Positions 32,074 to 40,581 of a stretch of DNA of 41,990 bases are shown in pieces. The stretch covers positions 1 through 41,990 of the IMG/VR virus record IMGVR_UViG_3300033144_005310. One strand, 5' to 3'. Within the stretch, counting starts at the first letter, position 1. Each line of letters starts with the position of its first letter. The translations under genes were made by a program, and so were the position numbers. The stretch is from a virus. The notes under the pieces are model-generated. The model worked only from the letters and a program-made list of their open reading frames with translations, had not been told where the DNA came from and did no database searches.

Positions 32074-32529
32074 TTTTTTCTAAATCCTCTATCTCTTTTT
32101 TCCTTATTTCTTGCTCTATTAAATTTAATATATCCACATCCTCTGCAAGACAAGTGTAATATTCCTCTGAACTAACTCTAAATGTTCTACAAAATTGATA
32201 CATTCTTATCTTTTCGCCAAGCCACCCATTAGGCACTAATCCTTTTCTGATGGCACTTCTAACTTTTTTTCTGTGTCCTCTTTTGGATTTATCAATTCTG
32301 CAAGTCCAGTAATTATCTTATCATAATCCTCTATTGAAAGACTATCTAAAGCATTTCTTAATGGTGCAGTTCCAAAGGGATGACTTAAAATACAATATGG
32401 TAATAACTCAACCATTAAAACTGTATTTTTAATTCCATCTGGTGTTTCTGCTTTCATTAATGCTTTATTTCTTGCTCCTGCTGTTGGTTTTTTTAAAACC
32501 ACTTTTCCATTTGTTATATTAATTTCCAT
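32054..32529 (-). CDS. Tail assembly chaperone G and G-T (-1 frameshift fusion)
   Basis: The 97-aa ORF 32236..32529 contains GAA AAA AAG. A -1 shift gives an open frame running into ORF 32054..32236. The position between the major tail and tape measure genes is canonical. Confidence 0.7.
32263..32269 (-). promoter_or_regulatory. Slippery heptamer A_AAA_AAG of the G/GT frameshift
   Basis: Fits X_XXY_YYZ in the zero frame. The -1 frame is open for the 9 codons up to the start of the downstream ORF. Confidence 0.7.
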
Positions 32530-32551
32530 TTATTTTACCCCCTGTTTAAAT

Positions 32552-33586
32552 TTAAACAACAATAGTCCACCATCTAATTGGGACTTTTGCTGCTCCATCT
32601 GTTAATCCACTCAATGCATATCCTGTTATTGTTATTTCCATTGCACCATCTTCTAAAGAAATTGGTGATGAATAACTTTCAAAATAAACATTTTCAAAAT
32701 CAAAGTTTACTACTCTGTCATCATTTGCTGCACCTTCTACCAAATCTAAACTCATCGTAACTGCTGTGTTTTGTGCTGAATCTAATGGTGTAGTTCCTGC
32801 TGGTAATCCACTAAATACAATACCTCTTGCTTCTAATCCACTTAAAGTTGAAGCTATATCATTATAATTTAGTTTCATGGTAAGAGTAAAGTCATACCTT
32901 CTAACTCCTGCAACTGGTTGCTGTATTAATCTGCTTCCCATAGTTCTATATAAGAACATATTATTAGCACAAGTAATCTCTGCACTCATTAATGCTCCAA
33001 CTGTGTCAGAACCAACTGTTACACTACCATCAATAAAAGTAAAAGGTCTATTTGTTGGTGCTGTATAAGTTAATAGAGTTGTTGAACTTGTTGCTGTTCT
33101 TGCAATCCAATCTGCACTTACTTTTACTGTTTCTCCTTGTGTTGCTGAAAGTGTAAAGTTATTTATTACAACTCCATCATAAGTCATAACATCATCATTT
33201 GCTCCACCTTCACTTCCTACTTCTAAAGTAAGAGTATTTACTTGTCCTGCTGCATAACCTATTTCATCTACTTCTGAAATCTCATAGGGGTCTGCTGCAG
33301 TTCCTGCTCCCGCTTTTGCTCCAATAATACAATATTGTAAAAATGAGGGGTCAGTTAATTCCCATTCCATACTTCCTGTACAATCTAAATTTCCATTAAC
33401 TACATGGGTAGCATTTCTGCCTTCTCCTATCCCATGCACTCTTATCATATTATTTGTAAGACTTGCTGAAAATGAACTTACTTTATCTACATAATCTGTT
33501 CCTGTTGGTGTTCCTGCTGTTCCAAATGCTGTATCTTCTGCATATACAACATAAGTATCTATTCCTTTATAATATGATATACTCAT
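32552..33586 (-). CDS. Major tail (tube) protein
   Basis: 344 aa immediately upstream of the chaperone and tape measure genes. No sheath-like gene is present. Confidence 0.65.
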   Translation of the reverse strand: MSISYYKGIDTYVVYAEDTAFGTAGTPTGTDYVDKVSSFSASLTNNMIRVHGIGEGRNATHVVNGNLDCTGSMEWELTDPSFLQYCIIGAKAGAGTAADPYEISEVDEIGYAAGQVNTLTLEVGSEGGANDDVMTYDGVVINNFTLSATQGETVKVSADWIARTATSSTTLLTYTAPTNRPFTFIDGSVTVGSDTVGALMSAEITCANNMFLYRTMGSRLIQQPVAGVRRYDFTLTMKLNYNDIASTLSGLEARGIVFSGLPAGTTPLDSAQNTAVTMSLDLVEGAANDDRVVNFDFENVYFESYSSPISLEDGAMEITITGYALSGLTDGAAKVPIRWWTIVV

Positions 33587-34272
33587 AGTAATTCACCTAC
33601 TTCTAATCCATTAATATTATTCATTTTTATTTCCTCCGTTTTTATTTTCATTTGTTTTTGTTCTTGTACAATTTTACGTTCAACTTTTGTATGACAATTT
33701 CTACATAAAGTTATTAAATTTTTTAATGAGTTATCACCAGAATATAAAAAAGGGATAATGTGGTGTACATCCATAGCTTTTCCATATTCATTCATAGTAA
33801 TACCACACATTTTACATTGAAAATTATCTCTTTTATAAATAAGTAATCTTATTGCTTCCCAATCATCACCATATCTTGCTGGGGAAAGCAATTTACTTCT
33901 GCCATCAATATAATTCCAAGGTCTCCTACCTTTTAATTTTTCTATTGTATTAAGTGATAGTTTTCTTCCATTAAGTTTTTTACTTATTTTTTCTTTTGTT
34001 TTTTCTGACCTTTTTTTTCCATATAAAGGATGTTTAAAACTACTAAATTCTGGTCTTTTTTTTCCTTCCCAATAACCTTTTCTTCCAATCATTTTTTTCT
34101 TTGTTTCTTCAGATAGTTTTCTTCCTTTTAAAGTTAAAGAAATTTTCCTTTTTATTTCATCTGATAGTTTTTTACCTTTCTTTCCTGAAGGTTTTCCTTT
34201 ATGTGCTTTACTAAGTGCTTTTTTATGGGAATCTGATAGTTTTTTACCTTTATTCCAAGCACTTCTTACCAT
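33583..34272 (-). CDS. HNH homing endonuclease with NUMOD3-like repeats
   Basis: Repeated GKKLSDxxKxKIS motifs. CKMCG...VHHIIPF...NLITLCRNCHTKVE. Confidence 0.85.
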   Translation of the reverse strand: MVRSAWNKGKKLSDSHKKALSKAHKGKPSGKKGKKLSDEIKRKISLTLKGRKLSEETKKKMIGRKGYWEGKKRPEFSSFKHPLYGKKRSEKTKEKISKKLNGRKLSLNTIEKLKGRRPWNYIDGRSKLLSPARYGDDWEAIRLLIYKRDNFQCKMCGITMNEYGKAMDVHHIIPFLYSGDNSLKNLITLCRNCHTKVERKIVQEQKQMKIKTEEIKMNNINGLEVGELL

Positions 34273-34499
34273 TATTCCTTTCCTCCTTGTTTTTCTAATA
34301 TTTCTTCTATTAGTTTTGTTTTACTTCTATCTGTTGTATTATAATTAGTTTTAGCCCACTCTCTGAACTTTTCAAAACCTAATTTCTTTTCAAGTTTTTC
34401 TAAATCTGATTTTGTAAATATATTCTTTGTTTCTATTTTTACTTTTTGTTTTTGGCTTCCCCAATTTTTTTGGTTACCCCAATTTTCTGATGGTGTCAT
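34272..34499 (-). CDS. Small hypothetical protein
   Basis: 75-aa ORF, K/E-rich. Confidence 0.5.
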   Translation of the reverse strand: MTPSENWGNQKNWGSQKQKVKIETKNIFTKSDLEKLEKKLGFEKFREWAKTNYNTTDRSKTKLIEEILEKQGGKE

Positions 34500-34503
34500 T
34501 TTT

Positions 34504-34650
34504 TTATTCCTCCTTTGTTGCTTTTTTAATTATATTATTCCATGATATTTCTCTTACAATACCATCTTTCTTTTTTATTTCTTTTCCTGCATTTTTTATT
34601 TCTTTAACAAATGCTTTCAATACTTTTTCTTCATCATTTGTTAGTACCAT
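34504..34650 (-). CDS. Micro-ORF (48 aa)
   Basis: TAAATG junction. MVLTNDEEKVLKAFVKEIKNAGKE... Confidence 0.45.
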   Translation of the reverse strand: MVLTNDEEKVLKAFVKEIKNAGKEIKKKDGIVREISWNNIIKKATKEE

Positions 34651-35298
34651 TTAATTCTCATAAATAAATCTTATTTTAAAATCTTGGTTTCTTTGAAATA
34701 TTTTATTAACACCAAAAGGACTTACCATTAATGGTCCCATAGCAGTTGGTGTTATGAATGTAATATTATAAAATGTTTTTTTATTATCTTGAAAATTACT
34801 TCTTATACTTGCAACCAATTCTTCAATATCATTTTGGTCTTTATCATAAGCAACAATAGTTACACCATATTCTGTCCAATTTGCTCCTGCTCCCAATTCA
34901 AATTCAGTAGTAACTCCACTAATAATATCTACTGCTATTCTTGGAAAGGAACTTAACTTTAAATGTGGTTGTGGATAATCTGGAAATATACTATCGGTTG
35001 TTCCCTGGTCATAATTTATAATATAAGCACCTGTTTGTGCTGAAGTAAAACTTATTACTCCAGTTATATAATTTACTGTATAATCAGTTCCAAAAGATAA
35101 TAATGTGGTCGCAACTGTTACATCTCTAACATTTTTAACTAATGTAGGATTTATTGCAAGTGTATGAGAATTAGCACCAACAAAATCTCCAGTATCTTGA
35201 GAAGTTGTTACACCCCTATTTCCTATAGAAATTATATCAGAGTTTCTTAAGAAAACTACAAGTTCTTTTTTTATATCTAATATATTTACTTTTGCCAT
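34651..35298 (-). CDS. Neck/tail terminator candidate
   Basis: 215-aa ORF between the gp10-like gene and the major tail gene. Called from position only. Confidence 0.45.
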   Translation of the reverse strand: MAKVNILDIKKELVVFLRNSDIISIGNRGVTTSQDTGDFVGANSHTLAINPTLVKNVRDVTVATTLLSFGTDYTVNYITGVISFTSAQTGAYIINYDQGTTDSIFPDYPQPHLKLSSFPRIAVDIISGVTTEFELGAGANWTEYGVTIVAYDKDQNDIEELVASIRSNFQDNKKTFYNITFITPTAMGPLMVSPFGVNKIFQRNQDFKIRFIYEN

Positions 35299-35316
35299 TC
35301 TGACCCTCTTGGATTT

Positions 35317-35745
35317 TTATTTGAATGCACTAATTAAATTACTTTTAACAATTTTCAATACTTCATTATTAAATGTTGGTCTGATAAAAGGATAAGGTCT
35401 TGTTCCTCTCCTTTTTATTGCATAAGCCAAAGCCCATGCTAAATCTTCATCGCCTAACTTTCTTCTTGCCCACCCTTTTAATGCATCAACTGGTGGCATA
35501 TGTGGTGGAGTTCCAAACTCAATCCACTTTCCTTGTTCAGCCATACTAATTTCAATAGTCTGGTTTTTTACTTCTCCTTTTATACTTGATTGTAATAAAC
35601 CTGTATCTTTGCCATGTTCTTTGGTTAATTTCTTTTTTAAACTCTCTTGAGTTTCAAAAGCAATACCTTTCATAGCTTGATTAAGTTTTCTTTCAAAATC
35701 TTCCTTATCTATTTCTATTCTCATTCTATTAAAAATAGATTGCAA
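35317..35745 (-). CDS. HK97 gp10-family neck/tail-completion protein
   Basis: GKDTGLLQSSIKGEV...IEFGTPPHMPP...RGTRPYPFIRP matches the gp10-family pattern. Confidence 0.65.
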   Translation of the reverse strand: MQSIFNRMRIEIDKEDFERKLNQAMKGIAFETQESLKKKLTKEHGKDTGLLQSSIKGEVKNQTIEISMAEQGKWIEFGTPPHMPPVDALKGWARRKLGDEDLAWALAYAIKRRGTRPYPFIRPTFNNEVLKIVKSNLISAFK

Positions 35746-36107
35746 CTGGTATAGGTCATTTCTGTATCTGAACCAGTACTATCAAATACTCCTGGAATAT
35801 TATATGCTTCTTTTACTCTATATGTTCTGCTATCAGCAGTTATTTTATCATCTTTTACAACATTATCAACAATTTTTGCCAAGACTACTGCATCTCCTTT
35901 TTCTAAAAATCCTGCTTTTTGAAAATCAAAACTTTGTCCAGTTCTCATAAAATATGCTTTAATAGTAACAGCCGTTCCATCCGTTAATGTTTCTTGTCCT
36001 GTAATGTTTGAAGTTGTTTGAACAACTGGTATATGTGATATTGTTCTCCCTGCATAATTATCAAGTATCTGATTAAAATCTTTTGTTGTTAAAACCTTTT
36101 GTGTCAT
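35721..36107 (-). CDS. Head-closure (head-tail joining) protein candidate
   Basis: 128 aa. Position and the C-terminal ...DDKITADSRTYRVKEAYNI pattern fit. Confidence 0.5.
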   Translation of the reverse strand: MTQKVLTTKDFNQILDNYAGRTISHIPVVQTTSNITGQETLTDGTAVTIKAYFMRTGQSFDFQKAGFLEKGDAVVLAKIVDNVVKDDKITADSRTYRVKEAYNIPGVFDSTGSDTEMTYTSCNLFLIE

Positions 36108-36319
36108 TATTTACCTACTAATTTAGTTCCACATTTAGGACATTTCTTTTCATTACAAATAACTCCTTTTTTATGTTTTACTTTATAACCACATTTAGAA
36201 CATACACAATAGTCAGCTCCACCATCTTCTTGTTTTGCTCCTCCTACTCCTTGTCCTTGTCCTCTTGCTTTTATATTAATCAAATCTAACATTTCCATTA
36301 TCTTTTCGCCTCTTTCCAT
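36107..36319 (-). CDS. Gly-rich / Zn-ribbon small protein
   Basis: GQGQGVGG...CVCSKCG...CPKCG. Confidence 0.55.
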   Translation of the reverse strand: MERGEKIMEMLDLINIKARGQGQGVGGAKQEDGGADYCVCSKCGYKVKHKKGVICNEKKCPKCGTKLVGK

Positions 36320-36500
36320 TATACCAACCCACCACGTCAGGAGAGTTTGTTTTTATTTGAATATTATCTAACATGCTTTTTTCTGAAGGGTATTTGCCTG
36401 TAATCTTTTTTTCAAGATATGCACAAAAACCTTCAGGATTTTCTTTATCTTGATTCTTACTTACGCAATCATCAAAGCTTGAATATTTCCCAAATGGCAT
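36276..36500 (-). CDS. Small conserved protein (FDDCV...PEGFCAYL motif)
   Basis: Track ORF trimmed to ATG 36500, directly after the upstream stop. Confidence 0.5.
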   Translation of the reverse strand: MPFGKYSSFDDCVSKNQDKENPEGFCAYLEKKITGKYPSEKSMLDNIQIKTNSPDVVGWYNGKRRKDNGNVRFD

Positions 36501-36504
36501 TTTC

Positions 36505-37380
36505 TTATCCAAACAATGTAAAAGGAATATATGATGCTCCAGTTCTAAAATCTCCACTTACTTGTCCAGTAGTTTGACTTCCATAAACTATTCCTCTTGC
36601 TTCTCCTTGTAAATAATCTATTCCTGCTTTAATATTCATATATGGTTCTCCTTTACTTGCACTAAATCCTGCTGGTAATCCTACACTTGTAAAATCATCA
36701 TAAGTTCCTGCTGTTTGTGCAATTAAAGTTCTAATCCCTGCAATACAAATACAAAGTCTTTTTATTATTCTTGGCATAGGATAAACTCCATAAGTATATT
36801 TCATATTAACTAATTGTCTATCTCTATCTGAAAAATAAGAAGCTTCTGCATCTGTTCCTAAAATTAATCTTCCTGAATCATTATATTGATGAACATAACT
36901 TGTAGTTACATCTGTGCTATCAATAGTAAGTGCATTTAAATTTATTAATGGCTGTCTTGTAACAAATTGAGTATTTGTTCCAGTTCCATCAACTGTTTCA
37001 TCTCTATAACCTAATTTTGTTATTCTATAAGTTGAAGTTGCATCGGGTGTAATTGTAAATGCTGGACTAACTGTAATCTTATGTGCATCATTATCTGTTA
37101 TCTCTCTATATTGTCCTTCTCCAGTTCCACCATAAATCCAAACAACATATCCAATATAACCATCTGTTTCCCACTCTTTTGTACTATCAGAAAAAGTAGT
37201 TGTTGCATAATCCCCATCAGCAGTTCCTTTATCTTCTACCACACCAAAATTAGTATGATAAATCTGTTCTATTTCTTCTTCTGATTGTAATATAAATTCT
37301 TGAATAGAATCATCATCTATTGGTGCATCTATATTGGGAAAATTTACTGCTTCTTTGACTTCTTGGATTGTACAAAACAT
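36505..37380 (-). CDS. Head-tail connector/adaptor-like protein with an extra domain
   Basis: N-terminus IQEVKEAVNFP..DDDSIQEFILQSEEEIEQ resembles gp6-like connector proteins. Confidence 0.55.
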   Translation of the reverse strand: MFCTIQEVKEAVNFPNIDAPIDDDSIQEFILQSEEEIEQIYHTNFGVVEDKGTADGDYATTTFSDSTKEWETDGYIGYVVWIYGGTGEGQYREITDNDAHKITVSPAFTITPDATSTYRITKLGYRDETVDGTGTNTQFVTRQPLINLNALTIDSTDVTTSYVHQYNDSGRLILGTDAEASYFSDRDRQLVNMKYTYGVYPMPRIIKRLCICIAGIRTLIAQTAGTYDDFTSVGLPAGFSASKGEPYMNIKAGIDYLQGEARGIVYGSQTTGQVSGDFRTGASYIPFTLFG

Positions 37381-37385
37381 TTTTT

Positions 37386-37955
37386 TTAATCACTTACATA
37401 AACTAAAAATCTATAAGTTGCTCCAGCACGAATTATCGTTCCTGTTGCTTCTGCTTCAATATTATGGGTAGTATCAGCAATAGTAAATGTATCTGCATCT
37501 GTTTTTGTTGCAACAACATAAGTTCCATCATATCCTACTGTTCCAGCTATAGTAACTGAATCTCCTGCACTTAAATTATGTGCTGCACTTGTATCAACTG
37601 TAATTGTGGTTGTATCTCCATCAATAGCACTTATTGCTACTGTGCTTCCTGATACTACTGCTTTTATTTTTTCAGTAATAAATATCTTTTCTGCTACATC
37701 TGTAAATGCACTTCCATCAGCTACTTTATTTGATAAACTTCTTGGCATCCAAGTTAAATCTGCTACACCCATATTTGCTAATGTTAAAACAGGTTGTGAT
37801 ACTGGTCCTTCTTCAGTAATTACTAAATCTGCTATTGCATCACCATCCGACCAATCATAAACAATTTTTTCAATATGTCCATTAACATTAATGGTTGATG
37901 TAATTGTTAAATCTCCAGATGTATCTGCTGTTCCTGTTAATTCTATAATTTTCAT
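37386..37955 (-). CDS. Hypothetical structural protein
   Basis: 189-aa ORF in the head module, Thr/Ala/Gly-rich. Confidence 0.55.
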   Translation of the reverse strand: MKIIELTGTADTSGDLTITSTINVNGHIEKIVYDWSDGDAIADLVITEEGPVSQPVLTLANMGVADLTWMPRSLSNKVADGSAFTDVAEKIFITEKIKAVVSGSTVAISAIDGDTTTITVDTSAAHNLSAGDSVTIAGTVGYDGTYVVATKTDADTFTIADTTHNIEAEATGTIIRAGATYRFLVYVSD

Positions 37956-38128
37956 TATTTCCTCTTTTTAGATTTTTTCTTTTTAACTTCTACTTCTTTT
38001 ACTTCTTCTACTTCTTTTTTAAATTCGTGAAAATAACCTTTTCCTTCTGAATTTACTCTAACTTCTCCTATTGGTTTTACTTCTTCTACTATTTCTTTTT
38101 TATCCATTGATTTTGTTGATAATACCAT
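37955..38128 (-). CDS. Small K/E-rich protein
   Basis: Track ORF trimmed to ATG 38128 behind GGAGGA. The longer N-terminus overlaps the upstream gene. Confidence 0.5.
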   Translation of the reverse strand: MVLSTKSMDKKEIVEEVKPIGEVRVNSEGKGYFHEFKKEVEEVKEVEVKKKKSKKRK

Positions 38129-38198
38129 TTTAATTATCCTCCATAATTTATATATAATCTTTACAATTTTCATTTTAAAAATAAAAAAATAAAAAAAT

Positions 38199-38516
38199 TT
38201 ATGCAAATACTCCTAAATCTGCTCTACCTGTAAGTTCTACAAATCTACAAGCATTTGTATTTGCACTTTGAACTGTTACTGTAACTACACCATCTGCTAC
38301 TGAACAAGTTGCAATGTCTGTTACTATCACACTTCCACTTGTAGTATGAACCCAACTTCTTATGGTTAATAATCCAGTTTTGGATATTCCATAATCAGCA
38401 AGAGTAACTGTAAAAGTATCGTTTTCATCAGTTGTATTTGGAGTAAGGAAACATACTGTTTTTAACCCTGCATTAGGGACTTGTTCCCAATACTTCAATA
38501 TACTTGTTGCTGTCAT
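38199..38516 (-). CDS. 105-aa paralogue B (putative capsid decoration or accessory protein)
   Basis: About 65% identical by eye to ORF 38518..38835. Both end in TGRADLGVF. Confidence 0.7.
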   Translation of the reverse strand: MTATSILKYWEQVPNAGLKTVCFLTPNTTDENDTFTVTLADYGISKTGLLTIRSWVHTTSGSVIVTDIATCSVADGVVTVTVQSANTNACRFVELTGRADLGVFA

Positions 38517-38517
38517 T

Positions 38518-38835
38518 TTATACGAATACTCCTAAATCTGCTCTACCTGTTATTTGAATTACTCTCATATCATCATCAGTTCCTGCTGCGATTGTTACAG
38601 TAAGAACACCATCTGATACTGCACAGGTGTTTAATTCAGTTGTAATGATACTGCCATCTGCTGTATGCACCCAACTTTCTACTGCCAATAAACCTGTTTT
38701 TGAAATACCATAATCTGCTAATGTTATTTCCAAAGTATCAGTTGCATCTGCAGTATTTGGTGTAATGAATAATACTTGTTTTAATCCAGAGTTCGGAACT
38801 TGTTCCCAACTTTTTAATATACTTGTTGCCGTCAT
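38518..38835 (-). CDS. 105-aa paralogue A
   Basis: Tandem duplicate of 38199..38516. Confidence 0.7.
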   Translation of the reverse strand: MTATSILKSWEQVPNSGLKQVLFITPNTADATDTLEITLADYGISKTGLLAVESWVHTADGSIITTELNTCAVSDGVLTVTIAAGTDDDMRVIQITGRADLGVFV

Positions 38836-38858
38836 TTTTCTTTTTCCTCCTTATTATT

Positions 38859-39128
38859 TTAACTTCTATAAATTACGAATCCAGTTGCTGTTCCTGTAGA
38901 TGCATTTGTTAATGTCGCTACATTTGCAGCCCAAGTTGGTTCTTCCAATATTCCTGTGCTATCATCAGTAATTATTGCTAAATATACTTGCTTTACTCCT
39001 ATTAATGTCCATGTATCGTTTTGTGCTGCTTTTGCACCAGCCGTAATCGTTCCAATTTTCATACCAGAATTATTACCACCAGCATTTAAGCCCATTTCAA
39101 CCACACTTACATTAGTATTTGTTGCCAT
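38859..39128 (-). CDS. 89-aa paralogue D
   Basis: About 40% identical by eye to 39131..39400. Shares G.K.G....G.KAAQNDT. Confidence 0.7.
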   Translation of the reverse strand: MATNTNVSVVEMGLNAGGNNSGMKIGTITAGAKAAQNDTWTLIGVKQVYLAIITDDSTGILEEPTWAANVATLTNASTGTATGFVIYRS

Positions 39129-39130
39129 TT

Positions 39131-39400
39131 TTATGCCTGTCTATAAACTAAAAATATAGTTCCAGCTGTTGCTGTAGCACTTGTTAATGTCATTACATTA
39201 GTTGAAATAGTTATTGGGTCTGAAACCCCATCTGCATCTGTTAAACAACAAGCATAAAGAACTGCTTTTGCATTGTTTACAGTAATAGTATCATTTTGTG
39301 CTGCTTTTGTTCCACTAACTATAATTCCTAATTTAAGTCCATCATTAGTTGCTCCACCAAGAGTTGCTAATTCAGTTGCACTTATGTCTGTATTTGTCAT
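39131..39400 (-). CDS. 89-aa paralogue C (first gene after the capsid gene)
   Basis: SD GGAGGA. Tandem duplicate pair with 38859..39128. Confidence 0.7.
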   Translation of the reverse strand: MTNTDISATELATLGGATNDGLKLGIIVSGTKAAQNDTITVNNAKAVLYACCLTDADGVSDPITISTNVMTLTSATATAGTIFLVYRQA

Positions 39401-39414
39401 GTTGTCCTCCTATT

Positions 39415-39447
39415 GAAAAGAAAAAAACATAAGGGAAAACCCTTATG
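39415..39447 (-). terminator. Hairpin plus T-tract terminator/attenuator after the capsid gene
   Basis: mRNA CAUAAGGG-UUUU-CCCUUAUG followed by U7. The stem overlaps the capsid gene stop codon. Confidence 0.7.
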
Positions 39448-40564
39448 CGATTTCTCCAATAAAGCTGTTAAATGCTGTATTTTTTATGATTAATGTTTCA
39501 TAAATTTTCAACATAAACTTTTCACTGTCATTAGTTTTTGCAAGGTCTTCGTATGTCAAATCTTGTAATACTCTCATTTCTATAACACTCATATCAAGGA
39601 AGTAGATTGCTTTTTCAGCTGTGGTATTACTCATATACATACTTGGAATTACTGGTATTTGTCCGACCATTGTGTTTAAAACAATAGTTGAAAATCCCCA
39701 GAATACTTGCTGTGTAGGTTGCATATAACCAATTTTAGCTGTCAATAATCCAAGTAAATCAGTAAATACTGCACTTGCACAAACTGCTAAATTAGGTCTT
39801 CCACCATCATCAAATGCATATTGTATTGCTGTTTCAATATCATTTAAAGTCATTGCTGTGGTGTTTTTATCTACTTTATTTGTGGTTGATTGTAATGCAA
39901 TAATACCATCAAATTGTGTAGGGTCTGTTGCTGTTGCACCATTAACAATTAAGCTTTCTTCTAATTCTCTCATTTCTCTTGTTTTAACTAAAACTTCAAG
40001 TTGTTTTGCATTCATTGCTGATTGGTCATTGAAAGGTCCTGTTGCTCCACCTTGTGATGCAATTCCTCCTAAAATCCAACTTGGCATTGATGCGATTGCT
40101 GGACCAGTTACTCTACCAACTGAATACAAGAACTTAATAGCTGTGCTTTTTCTATCATAAGTTGTATTTGTTTCTGAGGTTGCTCCATCTTCAACTGCTG
40201 TGTATGCTCCACCTTTTGCAGTTAATTGGTTGTAATCTGCATACATACCCATGTTAGTTACTCTTGGAACTAACTCAACTAATGGTGTGTATTTTCTTGT
40301 AATATCAACAATTCTTGGGTCTACATAAATTGGGACCATAGCATAACCTGCTGTTCCTGCTCCACCTGCTGTGGTTGTTAATGCTTTCATTCCTATCTTC
40401 GCTGTATCGCCAATTTGTTCTCTTAAATCAACTTCATACTTCATTTCTCCAACACTTTTTAAATCTACTTTTTGATATACTGTTTTATTAGGTAAGTTAC
40501 CAAATGATTGTGCATAAGCACCTCCTGTGGTAAATCCTAAATCTATTGCTTGTGTTTCTGCCAT
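39443..40564 (-). CDS. Major capsid protein (HK97 fold)
   Basis: 373 aa directly after the prohead protease gene. Strong SD. Size and composition are typical. Confidence 0.8.
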   Translation of the reverse strand: MAETQAIDLGFTTGGAYAQSFGNLPNKTVYQKVDLKSVGEMKYEVDLREQIGDTAKIGMKALTTTAGGAGTAGYAMVPIYVDPRIVDITRKYTPLVELVPRVTNMGMYADYNQLTAKGGAYTAVEDGATSETNTTYDRKSTAIKFLYSVGRVTGPAIASMPSWILGGIASQGGATGPFNDQSAMNAKQLEVLVKTREMRELEESLIVNGATATDPTQFDGIIALQSTTNKVDKNTTAMTLNDIETAIQYAFDDGGRPNLAVCASAVFTDLLGLLTAKIGYMQPTQQVFWGFSTIVLNTMVGQIPVIPSMYMSNTTAEKAIYFLDMSVIEMRVLQDLTYEDLAKTNDSEKFMLKIYETLIIKNTAFNSFIGEIA

Positions 40565-40581
40565 TTTTCTTTTTCCTCCTT

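Noticed and set aside
38129-38206. N-terminal 26 aa (MHKFFYFFIFKMKIV...) of track ORF 37955..38206.
   Set aside because: It overlaps the preceding gene and consists of AT-run codons. A strong GGAGGA SD precedes the internal ATG at 38128.
38199-39400. The tandem paralogues as a diversity-generating retroelement (template/variable repeat pair).
   Set aside because: No reverse transcriptase is present in the genome. The differences are spread over all codon positions and are not adenine-specific.
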